A stretch of DNA of 64,000 bases from the human T2T-CHM13v2.0 reference genome, Homo sapiens (GCF_009914755.1 NC_060930.1); one strand, 5' to 3'; counted from the stretch's first letter, positions 17,915-33,480 are shown. Numbers and translations: made by a program. Notes: generated from the letters alone by a model not told the origin.

Positions 17915-18835
17915 ATCTATCCTCACTTCCTTTGTGATCTCACCCAGGCTATGGTTTTAAATACCTCTATATGCTGAAACTCACACATTTCCATCTCTCT
18001 TCAGAACTCCTGACTTGTATATATACTCCAACTTAATATCTTCCCTTGGATGTTAAATTTAATCCCTAGAGCTCAGTTCCTGATCTACGCTCCAGAACTG
18101 GCCTACATACATCCTTATCTTTCTGAGTTAATGGTGCTGCAGTTGATCAGGCCAAATCCAGGAGATATCCTTATTATTTTTTCTCAGATCTTATATCTAA
18201 TATTTTAGGAATTCCTATTAATATATACCTCAAACTCCAAATATCTTTTGCCACCTCTACTGCTACTCCCCTGGTTTAAGCCACCAGCACCTGTCTCCTT
18301 GACTATAGCAACGGTCTCTTACCTATTTTCATATCTGTTCTCCTTGCATTGCCTTTGCTTTTCCTCTGTTGATTCTCAACACAACAGAAAGAGGAATCAC
18401 TAGAAATATAAGTAAGATTATGCCACTTTTCTGCTCAAAACCCTGAAATCACTTCCCACTGCATAGAGGGTAAAAGCCAAAGTTTATGAGGCCTTGTGTT
18501 ATCTGAGTCTCTACTTTGACCATGTCCTACTACCTCCTCCCCTTATGACTGATCAAATACACTGGATCATGCCCTTTTCCTACTCCCCTCCCTTCCATTC
18601 CCAATCCTCTTTACCTTGCTCCATTTTTTCCTTATTCCAAAGCACCTACCACTTTTTAATACACAGTTTAATTTACTTATTTATTGTGTTTATTATTTAT
18701 TTCCTGCCCTTCACTGCTAGAATGTAAGTCTCATGAGAGCAGGGAACTTTCTGTGTTTTTTTTGCTGATTTAGCCCCTGTGCCTAAAATAGTGCCTGCCC
18801 TGTAGTAGCCAGTCAATACTTGTTAAGTGATTGAA
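17915..18835 (+). mobile_element. L2 (L2a-like) 3' portion
   Basis: Pyrimidine-rich L2 text ending 'ctagaatgtaagtctcatgagagcagggaac...gtgcctaaaatagtgcctg..tagtag..caata'. Confidence 0.8.
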
Positions 18836-21800
18836 AGGTTTGCTTATGTACTCCCCTTTTTTAAAACTGTCTATTTGAAGGGCTCTCTCGAAAGGTGATT
18901 TCATGCCCAATCTATTTACAGATTGATAAAACAAGTTTTATATAGGTACTAGGTCTTTTGAGCTGAGGGAGTGTGAAGATTTGCAGGTATGTACTAGATA
19001 GATTGTTGAGTCAGTGATTCAGGGATAAACTGAAAATATCAGGGTTCTTGGCAAGATATCAGTTAACCAAATCTAAGAATAGGTTTGTCTTTAGAGGGAA
19101 TTTTATTGATAAAATGACTTTCCATGGTACCAACATACATTAAAACAAGTAACAAAAATAACTTTTTCAAGTAAACTGAAAAAGATTTTGGGAGCCATGT
19201 AAATGGCTGTTGATAATTTGGAAATTTAGTATTATATCACATATATTTAAGCAAGTTTACATGTACTATACATTTGATTAATCCATTAATTTCTAATTTC
19301 TATCTTAAGATCATTTCTATAATCAGGTATTTATTCAATTTCCCTACATAATACCTAGAAATGATCTCTTTTTTTTCCATTTCAGAGATTTAAAAAATTT
19401 ACAAGAAGATAGGTTAAATAGTTAATCCAGGCTGTCATTCAATTAGTAATAAGACTGAAATTAAAACACATCTATCTTGATTTTCTTACCAGATCTGTGT
19501 CTAGTGTGATCATATCTCTGAATACTAACTTTATTTCTTTTTGGAAAATGCTTACACAGCCAGATTAAGTGGAAGAAGTATGACAGCATTTTTCAGCTTT
19601 AATAAACTGAATCGGAATGTTCCTAACCTGATCCTGATCAACTAGATACAGCAGAAGCAAGTGCCTATCTTCTCTCTTGACCTCACTGGGGGAAGCTTTT
19701 CCTTATTTCAGAATCTTAGAAGAAATATTCATGTGGGTTGACTGTAGCAGAAATGTGAATAACAATATAACTCAACTGGGAAAAGTGCAGATCTATAAAT
19801 CTCTACATTTCTCTGGACTTACTCACTTGGGTGATTTCATTTGAAGGTCACCAAAGAGTTCAAAAATACAGTTGACAGCATAAAGTGATAAGATTGTCCT
19901 TTCAGTCTCAAAACTCTTTGCAACTTATTTTGTTGAATCTTGGTGCTAGATGCCAACATCAAGGCAGGGCACATGGCATTTTCTTCACAAAGATGTGATT
20001 ACACCAAAAGCAGTATAATCAATATGTAATCACTGTTACTTTCCACAATAGAAATAACTGATTGACAAAACAATGGGTCAAATCACCGTCAATTTTATTG
20101 CCATAGGAGGCTCTTTTCTCAAATTACAATATAAATTATTGCTCTATACCCTTTCATTAAATGTAGTTTTTTATTTCACCATTATAGAAAATTCTATGCT
20201 TGAATTCCCTATAAAGTCATATAAGGTTATTAACTACAGGGGCTTTGAGCTTGATGTTTGGGTACTTTAATTGTCACTGTAATTGATTTTACCTTTGACT
20301 TGCTGTAGTGATTGCCTTGTAATTTGTTGATGATTAATGACCATCCTCTGGGTATTGCTGCTCAGCTGGCCAGAAATAGAGCAATTGGTTTTTCTTGGCT
20401 CTTACTTCTCAAAAAAGATTTTAAAAATCACTGAGGGGGCCTATGTAAAAAGGTTTTATACCCTCTGTGGTTTAACTGTATTGTGGGAAAAATCAGGGCA
20501 CAAAATTAAGTGTATGTTTGGTTAATTTTATCTTTATGTCCTTAAGATACATTCAAAACTTTCTGCTTTTAGCATTTTGATGAATGAATAAATTTTAGAA
20601 AATAGAGGGTTTTGAAGATTAGGAGAAGTTAGGGTATTTGAATTACTATGAAAATTTTCTAAGTAAAATTCCCCAAAAAGAGTTATCGTTGTTACTAATG
20701 GAATTGTTAGGATCTAATAATATAAATTGTTGATCAAAACACCAGGATAAAAGGGAAAATGGCAATAGGTTATAGGGATCTGACAGTAAGAATTCTTCAG
20801 AAGTGATGAATGACTCAGGATTTTAAATATAAAAACCTGAGTTGATACTATAAAAAGCATTTTGCCAAATCCGAAGAGACAAAGAATTATGTAGACATGA
20901 CTTTTGTCTATCTCTTCTCAATGTGTACAATCACCAAGAAATTATAATCTAGGAAAAAAATTAAGTGGCATAAAAGAAGTAAAAATGTATAGCATATACA
21001 TAAAGATTCAAGGAAAACTTAAATTGTCCACAGCATCTTTCTTTTTTAAAAAAGAAAATGCACATGGACTGTAATACATAAATATTTTGAAGCTCTTGGG
21101 AAAAGTTTTAGATACTTCATTCACAACACTAAATGAATACAATCCTTAGGTGTGGTTATATCACTGGTAATAGGGAGAGAAAATAATCACCGAGAAATAC
21201 ATTCAATCTAATTTTAAAATTGGTCTAATTTAGTTCTATTCTGAACATAATAATAAACTATTGACATTTAAAGTATCTCAAGCTAATGTATATATTCGCA
21301 TGTAATTGATTTTAGAACATCAATTCTTAACAGCAACATGTCTTTGGCATGAATATTACATTTGTTTTATTATGCTGAATGTAGTTATAACCTTGCCAAT
21401 AGTTTCTAAAAATTAAATTAATAAGAAAATAAATTGTAAGTTCAGCATACGGATCCATTTCTTGAATTCACAAAATAAGCTAGCAATTTCTGGGTGTTTT
21501 TCTAATTAGAAAAAGAAAATTTGTTCTAAGCAAATGGGAGGGCTGTTCCCTGAACTAAGAATTCTGCCCCTGATTTTAAATATTTTCAGGACCTCTACAC
21601 ATGATTCTACACATTCCTAATGGGCTGTGTTTCTAGAAAAAAAATTAATTGTTTAAAATATTAAGTGTATTTTCCAATAAATAAAATATTTTACATTATG
21701 ATTGCATTTTCAGGACAAATAAAATCTTTTAAACTCCAAATTCCTAATGGTCTATCTAAATAGTATAAGACTTTAATCATTGAATAATGATAAATGATAT

Positions 21801-22734
21801 TTCAAAAGGAAGAATGTGTTTGGAGTTCTCCCCTCAGATAGCAGAAGCACACACACCTTTCCCACTCTACACCTGCCAAGAGATCCCAAGAAGTTACCAT
21901 GGGTAACTTCTGTGATCTCCAGGAAGGTGACTGCAGGGAAATAAATGGAGGGAATTAGATTCTATGCAGGCTCTCGTCTCAGAAATCCTCCTTGCTTTCT
22001 ACTTCTGCCATTACCTATTTCTCCAGTGAATAATTTAATCTTCTTTAACTTAACCAGACTACCAAAAACAGTTGCATGGCTTCTCCTCTACCATTTTATC
22101 TGCTAAGCAAGCACAGTGTTCTTCAACAGTTTTTTTGTGGACTCCAGAGATTGTGTAATAGCAGTTCTGTAAGTCTTCAGAGGAAAGAGAATTTATCTCT
22201 TATTATCTGAATGCCTTTGTGCAGTTTACGTAAAATATTTGGCTTTGGTTCTACGTTAAAACAGTGATCATGATGTACATCTTGTGGTTCTTTGAGAAGA
22301 AAGTAGTGGATATAAAGCAAAACCTGGAATTTAAACTATTCTAGGTCTAGCTAATAGTTTAGGCATAATGAGGTTGATCATTTTGCTATATTTTTCACTA
22401 TGTTTTACTTAAAACTTGTAGCAAAAGGGAAAGTTGTGCAGGTGATTGTTCTTTATGTAGACGAAGAACTGAAGTATTGAATACATTTCAAAGGTTGCCC
22501 ATCAAGGTCTTTTAAATAAGAAATATAACTGGGTATCAGATCAGATACTAAGAGAACTGAATCTGTTTGATAATGCTGGCTGGTGAAATGGTGGGAGGAT
22601 TTGGAATCCTGATTATGAACCCCAATACCCTTCTTTCTTTCTGTCACTTGCAGTCTCTTGTCATCACAGACCACATCTAGAATCATGGTCAATCCCTGGA
22701 TAATTTCAGAATGAGGAATTATGGCTCACTGATT

Positions 22735-23810
<1,076 letters not shown>

Positions 23811-24401
23811 TTAGTCCAGTATAGCAGAAAGAGAAAAAGTGTTCTCATAATTAACAGTAGTTGGCAGTGGTAGGTGGTGAGGAGTGGTGGCAGGCTTCCA
23901 GACAGCTCTTCATTTGATCCAAGTATAGAATTACTGTAATTTATGTTGGCTGCAAACTTATTTTTATAAATGCTGATTCATTTCTTACTTTCTTCTTTAT
24001 TTCTTCTCCTTTTAACCCTTCACTTAAAGAAAATATAAGAAATGACTTTTTTCCCGTTTGGAGGTAATTAGTAGAAAGAATCGAATATGTTTCTGATGTT
24101 TTTGTTAATGATCTTCAATAAGTCTGAATGGTTCATATTCACAATTATCTTTCAAAACATTGTTATCTATGCTGTACACTTTCTAAAAGTATGATTATTT
24201 ATACAATATACTTGATATACAATATACATTATTTATACAATATACTTGATATATTTAGTTAGTGTTTAGCTTTGAACATTGTTTGTTGACGCAGTTTTCT
24301 GTGATTAGTTGAACAACAAAGCGTGGATTGTTAAGGTAGGCTAAGGGCTACTAAAAAACCCCCTCCAAATCCCAGTTACTTAACAATGGATAAAAGGTAT
24401 A

Positions 24402-25052
24402 TGTATTAGTTAATTCTTTGCTCCAGTTCCCAATCAGTTTCTTATTTCCATCTGAGACCTCCTCATCCTGGACTTCACTGTCCATATCACTATCAGCATT
24501 TTGTTCACAACAATTAAACAGCCTCTAGGAAGTTTCAAACTTTCCCTCATCTTCCTCTCTTCTTCTGAGCCCTCCAGACTCTTCCAACCTCTGCCCATTA
24601 CCTAGTTCCAAAGTTGCTTCCACATTTTTAGATATTTTTGTAGCAATATCCTACTCTTGGTACCAATTTCCTGTATTAATCTGTTCTCTGATTGCTATAA
24701 AGAACTACCAAAAACTGATTATCTTACTAAGAAGGGATGTTTAATTGACTCATGATTTTGCAGGTTGTACAGGAAGGGTGACTGGGGAAGGCTCAGAAAA
24801 CTTACAATCATGGCAGAAGGCAAAGAGGAAGCAGGTACATCTTACATGGCCTGAGCAGGAGGAAGAAAGAGGAGGAGGTGCTACACATTTTTAAACAACC
24901 AGATCTTGTGAGAACTCACTCACTATCATGAGCGCAGCAAGGGGAAAATCTGCCCCCATGATCCAGTCACCTCCCACCAGGCCCCTCCTCCAACACTGGG
25001 GATTACAATTCAACATGAGATTTGGGCAGGGACACATATTGAAACCATATCA
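24402..25052 (-). mobile_element. MSTA-type MaLR: one LTR (24672-25052) plus adjacent internal sequence, nested in an older MLT1-like LTR (about 24330-25365)
   Basis: LTR runs 'tgtattaatc...gaaaccatatca'. The internal junction 'ggtaccaatttcc' and MST-int text lie at 24415-24671. Confidence 0.85.
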
Positions 25053-25370
25053 ATAGATGTTGTCTTATTTCACAGTCTAATACAAATAAGTCAGGGCGAA
25101 GGGGGTCTGTTTCACTCATTCATGGAGCTAGACTACTTCCATCCAGTAGCCATTTTATCTATTTTATAAAGCTTGGGAGTCCTCATCTGATTCTTCCACC
25201 TCTATCAGGCAGGCAATGGAAGACACAGAATACAGAGAATTGAATAGGAGGTTTTAAGAGTACTTTCCTTTGGCCAGAGTTTAGTCACAAATCTAATCTA
25301 ACTGCAGGAGAAGCTGGAAATATAATCTAGCTGTTTGTCCAGGAGGAAAAAGAAATGACTTTTGGTAATA

Positions 25371-26970
25371 CAGTTGCCTCTTGAATAACACAGGGGTTAG
25401 GGGGACTGACCTCCCGGGCAGTCAAAAATTCACATAAAACTTTTGACTCTCCGAAAACTTAACTACTAATAGCCTACTGTAGATTGGAAGCCTTACCCAT
25501 AATATAAACTGTCAATTAACACATATTTTGTCAGTTATATGTAATAAATACTGTTTTTCTATAATAAAGTAAGCTGGAGAAAAAATGTTACAGAGAAAAT
25601 CATAAGAAAGAAAAAATGTATCTACTAGTCATTAAGTGGAAGTGGATCATTATAAAGGTCTTCATCTTTGTTACCTTCATGTGGAGTACACTGAGAAGGA
25701 GGAGAAAGAGGAGGGGTTGGCCTTGCTGTCTCAGGAGTGGCAGAGGCAGGAGAGGTGGAGGAGGTGGAATAGAAAGCATGAAAGTCAGGAACACTCGGTG
25801 TAACTTTATGGAAATACATGGTAATTTATGCCTGACTTAAGCTTTTTCATTTATCTAAAAATGTTTCTATACAATATAGATCCTCCTTCCACCATTTGCT
25901 TCAGTTTTGATGCCCATATCATAGAAGAGTCCATGTTATACAATAAATCAAAAGTAGTCTTAAATAATAAGAATCCTTCTGCCAGATTGCCCAAGTCATC
26001 TTCTGTTAATTCATCTGATGTGGTGCCTATTAGTTCTTGAATTTCTCCAAAATGCTTATCTAGAAATCGTTCACCTAACCACTTTTTGTTTTTTTCTATA
26101 TCCACAATCTCTGTCATGATCTCCTCGATTGGCTGTTTCAAAAATCCTATGAAGTCATGCACAACATCTGGACACAGTATTCTCCAGTAAAAATTCGTTG
26201 CTTCAGGACTGATAACTTTCACAATCGTGAAATCACTTTCACATCATTGTTTCACGAACAATGATGGTGCACCTTCAATGACATAATTCTTCCAGATTTT
26301 CATGATGTTCTCTCTATTGGGGTTCTCTTTTTATAGTGGTGATAATCCTTTTCATAGGGAGCCATGGGTAATGAGTCTTAAAGGTTCTATGACTCCCTGA
26401 TCTAGAGGCTGAATTAGAGACATTGTGTTTGCAGGCAAGTAGACCACTTTGATGCCTTCGGTGTTGAACTCATGGCACTCTGGGTAGCCAGGAGGCATTG
26501 TCTAATATCAAAAGACCTTTGAAAGGTAATTACTGGCAATGTACTTTTTGACTTAAGGGACAAAGCATCAATGGAGCCAATCCAGAAGAATGCCGCGTGT
26601 TGTCCAGGTCTTCTTGTTGTACAACTAAAAGACTGGCAGCTAGTGTTTATCTTTTCCCTTCAATATGTGAGGGCTGGCAGCTTTACAGATAAGGGCAGGC
26701 CTGATCATAAGCCTAACTGCATTTGCAAAACAGTAGAGTTAGCCTTAAATCATGCCTTAAATACTGGTACTTGCTTCTCTTTCTTACTAATAAATGCCCT
26801 ATAGGGCACTTTTATCTGAATTAAAAATCTATTCAGGCAGGTATCCTTTCTCCTCAATGATTTTCTTACCGGTTTTCTGAGAACTTGTCTGCTGCCTTTT
26901 GGTCAGCAGAAGCTGCTTCTCATGTTAACATTTTTTAAGCCAACTTCTTCCCCAAATAATCAAACCATCA
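25371..26970 (-). mobile_element. Tigger2 (TcMar/pogo) DNA transposon, 3' half with degenerate transposase
   Basis: TA followed by terminus 'cagttgcctcttgaataacacaggggttagggg'. ORFs 25851-26222 and 25625-25819 are transposase C-terminal remnants (..DVVHDFIGF..EIQELIGTT..ELTEDDL; EDLYNDPLPLN). Confidence 0.88.
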
Positions 26971-26974
26971 AAAT

Positions 26975-27215
26975 ATTAACATCTAAGCTGAGATATACTC
27001 AATGTAAAATACATACAAATTTGGAAGACTTAGAACAAAGTATGAAATATCTCAGTAATTTTTATTTTGATATGTTATATTACATTTGCTATATTAGGTT
27101 GAATATATTATTAAAATTTATTCACTTATTTTTTATTTTTCTTAAAGTCAATACTGGAACACTTTCAATTATATATGTGGCTTGGCTTGCATTATATTTC
27201 CATTGGACTTCAGTA
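26975..27215. mobile_element. MER33/MER3-like hAT-Charlie MITE
   Basis: 'tgtaaaatacatacaaatttggaagacttag...tatatgtggcttg..cattatatttccattggac'. Confidence 0.65.
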
Positions 27216-27776
27216 TTAGGAACCAACCTTATAAAAAACGATGTATAACAAATAAAATATTAGTAAATTGGATTTAGCATTGTCCAATAATACATCATTA
27301 TTGTTTATTATAGGTACTCAACGATAGTTCAATTAAAAAAATTTATTACATTAATAGATTAAAGTTTATGTAATATTTATGTTTGTTTGTCTTGTTTTAT
27401 CCTTATCACATAACTTTTCTTCTTTCCCAGGTAGTAACATAAGTTAACGAGATGTGTAGTGTCCAGTAATTTTCTCCATAACTTATACACCATTTTACAC
27501 ACATATAGAGAGAGTGAACATGAATATATTTTCGTCATTTCTTTACTTTGTAAAAATGAGATTATATTATATTTGTTTCTCCTCTTCTCACATTTTTTTT
27601 ACTTATCAAATCCTCATGGAAACCTCTCTAGGCAATTTTGGCAACTATTATTCTAGTATTTGTATTATATTGCATGTGGAAAAAGATAAAATTTACATAA
27701 ACGTTTATTTAACTTTTATTCAGTTGAGAATTTAATTTATTTTAATTTTTTTGCCACTAGGACAATATTCAAATGG

Positions 27777-29738
27777 GAATAGTAACAGCTCCAGTCTACA
27801 GCTACCAGTGTGAGCGATGCAGAAGATGGGTGATTTCTGCATTTCAAACTGAGGTACTGGGTTCATCTCACTGGGGCTTGTCAGACAGTGGGGGCAGGAC
27901 AGTGGGTGCAGCGCACTGAGCATGAGCTGAAGCAAAGTGAGGTATCACCTCACCTGGGAAGCACAAGCGGTCAGGGAATTCCCTTTCCTAGCCAAGGGAA
28001 GCGGTGACAGATGGCACCTGGAAAATTGGGTCACTCCCACCCTAATACTGTGCTTTTCCAATGGTCTTAGCAAATGGCACACCAGGAGATTATATCCGGC
28101 GCCTGGCTCGGAGGGTCCCACGCCCATGGAGCCTCACTCATTGCTAGCACAGCAGCAGTCTGAGATCAAACTGCAAGGTGGCAGCGAGGCTGGGGGAGGG
28201 GCGCTGGCCATTGCTGAGGCTTGAGTAGGTAAACAAATTGGCCAGGAAGCTCTAACTGGGTGGAGCCCACCACAGCTCAAGGAGGCCTGCCTGCCTCTGT
28301 AGACTCCACCTCTGGGGGCAGGGTATAGCTGAACAAAAGGCAGCAGAAACCTCTGCAGACTTAAATGTCCCTGTCTGACAGCTTTGAAGTGAGTAGTTGT
28401 TCTCCCAGCACCGAGTTTGAGATCTGAGAATGGACAGACTGCCCCCTCAAGTGGGCCCCTGACCCCCGAGTAGCCTAAGTAGAAGGCACCCTCTGGTAGG
28501 GGCAGACTGACACTACACATGGCTGGGCACCCCTCTGAGACAAAGCTTCCAGAGGAATGATCAGGCAGCAACATTTGCTGTTCACCAATATCCACTGTTC
28601 TGCAGCCTCCAATGCTGATGCCCAGGCAAACAGGGTGTGGAGTGGACCTCCAGCAAACTCCAACAGACCTGCAGCTGAGGGTCCTGAAAGTTAGAAGGAA
28701 AACTAACAAACAGAAAGGACATCCACACCAAAACCCCATCTGTACGTCACCATCATCAAAGACCAAAGGTAGATAAAAACACAAAGATGGGGAAAAACAG
28801 AGCGGAAAAGCTGAAAATTCTAAAAATCAGAGCACCTCTCCCCCTCCAATGGAATGCAGCTCCTCACCAGCAATGGAAAAAAGCTGGATGGAGAATGACT
28901 TTGACGAGTTGAGAGAAGAAGGCTTCAGACGATCAAACTTCTCCGAGCTAAAGGAGGAAGCTCAAACCCATTGCAAAGAAGTTAAAAACCTTGAAAAAAG
29001 ATTAGACGAATGGCTGATTAGAATAACCAGTGTAGAGAAGTCCTTAAATGACCTGATGGAGCTGAAAAACATGGCACGAGAACTATGTGATGAATACACA
29101 AGCTTCAGTAGCCAATTCGATCAACTGGAAGAAAGGGTATCAGTGATTGAAGATCAAATGAATGAAATGAAGTGAGAAGAGAAGTTTAGAGAGAAAAGAG
29201 TAAAAAGAAACGAATAAAGACTCCAAGAAATATGGGACTATGTGAAAAGACCAAATCTACATCAGATTGGTGTACCTGAAAGTGACGGGGAGAATGGAAC
29301 CAAGTTGGAAAATACTGTGCAGGATATTATCCAGGAGAACTTCCCCAATCTAGCAAGGCAGGCCAACATTCAAATTCAGGAAATACAGAGAACACCAGAA
29401 AGATACTCCTCGAGAAGAGCAACTCCAAGACACATTATTGTCAGATTCACCAAAGTTGAAATGAAGGAAAAAATGTTAAGGGCAGCCAGAAAGGTCGGAT
29501 TACCCACAAAGGGTAATACATCAGACTAACAGCGGATCTCTCAGCAGAAACTCTACAAGCTAGAAGAGAGTGGGGGCCAATATCCAACATTCTTAAAGAA
29601 AAGAATTTTCAACCCAGAATTTCATATCCAGCCAAACTAAGCTTCATAAGTGAAGGAGAAATAAAATCCTTTACAGACAAGCAAATGCTGAGAGATTTTG
29701 TCGCCACCAGGCCTGCCCTACAAGAGCTCCTGAAGGAA
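27777..29738 (+). mobile_element. L1 (about L1PA4-5): 5' UTR plus nearly all of ORF1, with no ORF2 or 3' end
   Basis: Starts 'gaatagtaacagctccagtctacagc'. ORF1 ATG at about 28787, with pieces 28849-29175 and 29242-29529. L1 similarity stops at 'agagctcctgaaggaa'. Confidence 0.95.
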
Positions 29739-31964
29739 TATATAAAGTATATACTAGGCGTGTCAGATGTCTAGACTAAAGTGGTATCATTGCATCAAAA
29801 TTTAAAATTATAATAGATGTTTCCAAAAGGACAGACGTAATGTACATTCTTACCATCAATTAAAATGTATATTTTCCTGCACCATCAGTAACAGTAATAG
29901 GTAATATAATTATATAAGAAATTCACTGGGATAAATTAGAAGAGAGTGGCCAATTCTGCACAATGTGAGGAGAATATCAGAATTTTTTAGAGAAGGAAGG
30001 CTTAAGGTGAGTCTGAAATGATAATTTTATATATTTATATTTCTCAACATATAAAATGATGTAACATTTTGTACATAATGAGTAGCTGCTTTTATACAGT
30101 ATAGAATATGGCAAGTAAGACTTTTTATTTTTAGGAAAAATAAATTGCCATCCTATAACTAGATCTATAGAACTCATTCTTTCTTAATCATTAATTTGTA
30201 GGGCAAAGTTTCAATTATAGGAACATGGGATTTTTTTTTCCCAAAAGGATTTTTTTGAGGTTTCTATTCTAATGTTAATTCATGTTTATTACAAAAAGAT
30301 GTCATGCAATATAGAATTCTATAAAGTAGAAACTAGTGTCTACATTATTGTAACTGTGATGCCATTGATTTGCTATCAATATGGCTCATCCCCTTTCCTC
30401 ATAATTCTTGCTTTTCTAGAATTTCCTGGTTCCTCTAGAAGAACTTCAGAATTAAATTCATTAAGTTTATAAAAAGTTCAAATGAAATTTTAGATTAAAT
30501 TAATTACACTTAATTTGTAGATTGTATAGAATTGACAGCTTCATAATACTGAGTCTTTCTTTCTGGGTACATGATGTATCTTTTCATTTATTCATCATTA
30601 TCGAGCTTTTAAAACTTATTTGAGCCTCTTTGGGAGGATGGGATAGGGAGCAGTAGATGATTCAGCTCAAGCAGAACAGATTCTCTTTCAGGCTTTGAAT
30701 CTTTCTTTGTAGTTCATTCCATACAGAGCTAAGCTCATAAAACGATAGGAAGTTTCTCAATACTATAAGACCAGAGGGAGCACTTACCATTTAAAAACAT
30801 CTTTAAGCCATGAAAAACATTTGTTAAATTTAGTTGTTGACATTTTTAGGTTGATTTTACCTAGGCTATGAAATCTAACTCTGAAAGCTTCCTTGGATAA
30901 GCTTAAGAAAATGTTGAAAAATGCATGGTTAAATTATTTGATTGCTTATACTTTTAACAAAAGGTATTTGTTGGTTAGGCTCCTTAACTAATGTTGTAGT
31001 TTTAAAACATCACTTCAACTTTTATTTTGTTTAATATTACTATTTGGTTTATCCAGGAGTAACCCAATGCTCTTTTTATAAAATTTTATTTAAAAGATAA
31101 TGTTAAAAATTAGATGTTTCTTAATGGTCTTCCTAATAAAATTTGTCACAAAGATTTTACTTTATTTTAGACAGATTATTTAACATTAAGCTACTTTATG
31201 TCTAATCTAAGAATTTTGTTTTGCTTTTGCTTTTGTTTTATTTAGAAACTCGTAGAATTGTATACTGTCAAGGTCCCCAGAGCGTTATATGGTTCAAATT
31301 TATGCCTGAATGTCATTTTGTTCTTATAAAAAAACTTTGCCTTATCGATCCCATTTTAAAAGCTTTCTATGTGCTGAGATTGTGTTATATCTTTTAGTGC
31401 TGTCCAAATGTTGAATCATCCTTTCACTCCAGGACTATATTAATTTCTAAATGAATTTTCTTTTCTGTCTATACATTTTTCATTTTCAAAAGATCATTTG
31501 GCTGCAATGTCCAGCAAAAGTCATAGTCTTAATTCTCACATGAGCCAACTTGTTTTTCCCTACTCGGGGCTCTGAAGCTTTATTTCTAATTCTTGTGAAT
31601 ATTAGAAATACCTTACAAAGTATGTGATCTGCATAGGTCCATTAACAACTGCTAAGTAAAATTAATTTTGCTTTAAGATTTTTGACTTCACTTATAGTTT
31701 TATCTTTTTAGGGCCAATTTTCTTTAACTCTTTTCATTTTAATCATATACCTGATTTAAAAAAAAATTAAATAATTTTTGCTACTTGTCATCCTTAAAGC
31801 TTATTGTCTTGAACTTGTTGGCTAAAGTTGGATATGATATACTTATGCATATAATTCTTCCTGAATATTGGGGAAGATTTGTTTGTAAGTCTAGTGTCCT
31901 TTTCCTATCTAATATCCAATATTCCATTAAGAAATGATGATGCCTATATAGTAAACAATTAACT

Positions 31965-32660
31965 TTAACCAAATAGAGATCTGGCTTCCACTCTTGGCTA
32001 CTGGAAGGTGACCTCTATCTCCCTGGAATGTCTTCCTTGACAGAAGGCTTTTCTTTTTCTTTTTCTTTTTCTTTTTTTTCTCTAGGGCCTTTTGCTATTG
32101 GAAAGTCTAACAATGGGATTTGCAATGGGGTTGCTGTAATATGCGATGAGTTCCCACCTCCTGAAAAACTGGTGACTAAAGTTATTAAATTGAACTGTTA
32201 GGAGAGGCTGGTGACTAAAGGTCAGCCACTTGGGCAGTGTGTGATCAATCCCCAATAAAAACTCTAGGCTTCAAGGGTGCACTTCCTTGGTTGGCAATGA
32301 TCACTCTTGTCACACACTATATCCATCATTCAAGATGCCACAGAAGATGACCTGAAACTCCACATTTGGCCTTCTCTGAGATTCTGGCATCCAGGCATCT
32401 CTTCCAATTTGGCTGATTCTAATTTGTATCTTTTCACTATAATAAAACTTTAATCATGAGTAGAGTGCTTTCTTGAGTTCTTTGAGATTTTCTAGTAAAT
32501 TATCCAACCTGACAGTGGTCATGGAAACTCTGAAACTTATAGCCAGCTAGTCTGAAGTGAGGGTGGCCTGGGAGCCCTCAAGCTTGTGGCTGGTGTCTGA
32601 AGTGAGAGTGGTCTTCTGGAGACTGTGTCTTCAAACCTGCATAGTTTCTCCAACTCAGAA
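31965..32660 (+). mobile_element. ERVL-type solo LTR (MER21/MER77-like)
   Basis: 'ccccaataaaaactct', 'ggctgattctaatttgtatc..aataaaac' and 'gaagtgagggtggcctggga..tggctggtgtctgaagtgag'. Confidence 0.7.
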
Positions 32661-33480
32661 TAAAGTCCTTATGTTAATTAATGAAATATGTAAGTACAAG
32701 GTGTGCTTCATGTATACCTAGATACAACCACATGAAAAAGATCCACTTTGTTTAAGAAACCTCATTGAGTAACTACTATTTGTCAAGCACTGAGAAAGGG
32801 AAGTATTTTAACAATTTCTTTTCTTGCAAGTAATATTATTTTTAACTCATGTATTATGTCATCTTAAAAACATATGCTTACCATAGAGATTATTAAAATA
32901 TGACAATATCTTAGGATAAATAAAGTCTGAAAAGAAACACTATTTGTGAGCAATTTGAATAACTTGACCTTGGGATACCAGTTAAATTTTAAACCTGTTC
33001 AGTCTAAGGGGCTATAGCCTAAAATTCTCTTCTGTTGCCATTAGATGCATAGTGTGATAGTAACAGAATACTCATTCTTGTTTTATAGAGATATCTGAGG
33101 AAAGATGAAAAAGATCAATTAAACCACAAAATTTGGCAATTTAAAACAGTCTGCTTTGAAGGGAGATAAAATGCTTCTCTATTTGAAGTTTTTAAAGGTT
33201 TCATTGTGTTTAGAAGTTGCTAGAGATTAAAAACTTCTCGAAAAAGGGTTGAATGATCGCCAAGATTGCTGATAAATAACCCTCTACTGAGTCTGAAGGA
33301 AAGTGGTGATTGTCAGACTAGATGACTGGCCTCTTAGAATGCCTTAATTAATAATCTGGGAGAGATTGTAAAAAGCATTCAAATGAAATTTCAAAGATGC
33401 TAAATGAAGGTTTTTCAAACACCACAAAATTGGTCAAATTATGTAGCTGGGAATTAGGAACCTGGGATGTAATTATTTCT

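Noticed and set aside
19815-19960. Minus-strand splice-donor-like GTGAGTAAGT suggesting a coding exon
   Set aside because: All three upstream minus-strand frames contain stops within about 130 nt and no product is recognisable.
22453-22692. 79-aa ORF with faint CR1/L3-like wording
   Set aside because: Too degenerate to call by eye; at most an ancient LINE remnant.
24194-24254. Short AT-rich tandem duplication (similar ones at about 41663-41712 and 62262-62296)
   Set aside because: Ordinary slippage duplications with no spacer structure; not CRISPR-like.
28134-28784. 216-aa antisense ORF in the L1 5' UTR, and similar ORFs at 53254-54901
   Set aside because: These are GC-rich L1 5' UTR/Alu frames with non-ATG starts, and nothing indicates function beyond generic L1 antisense frames.
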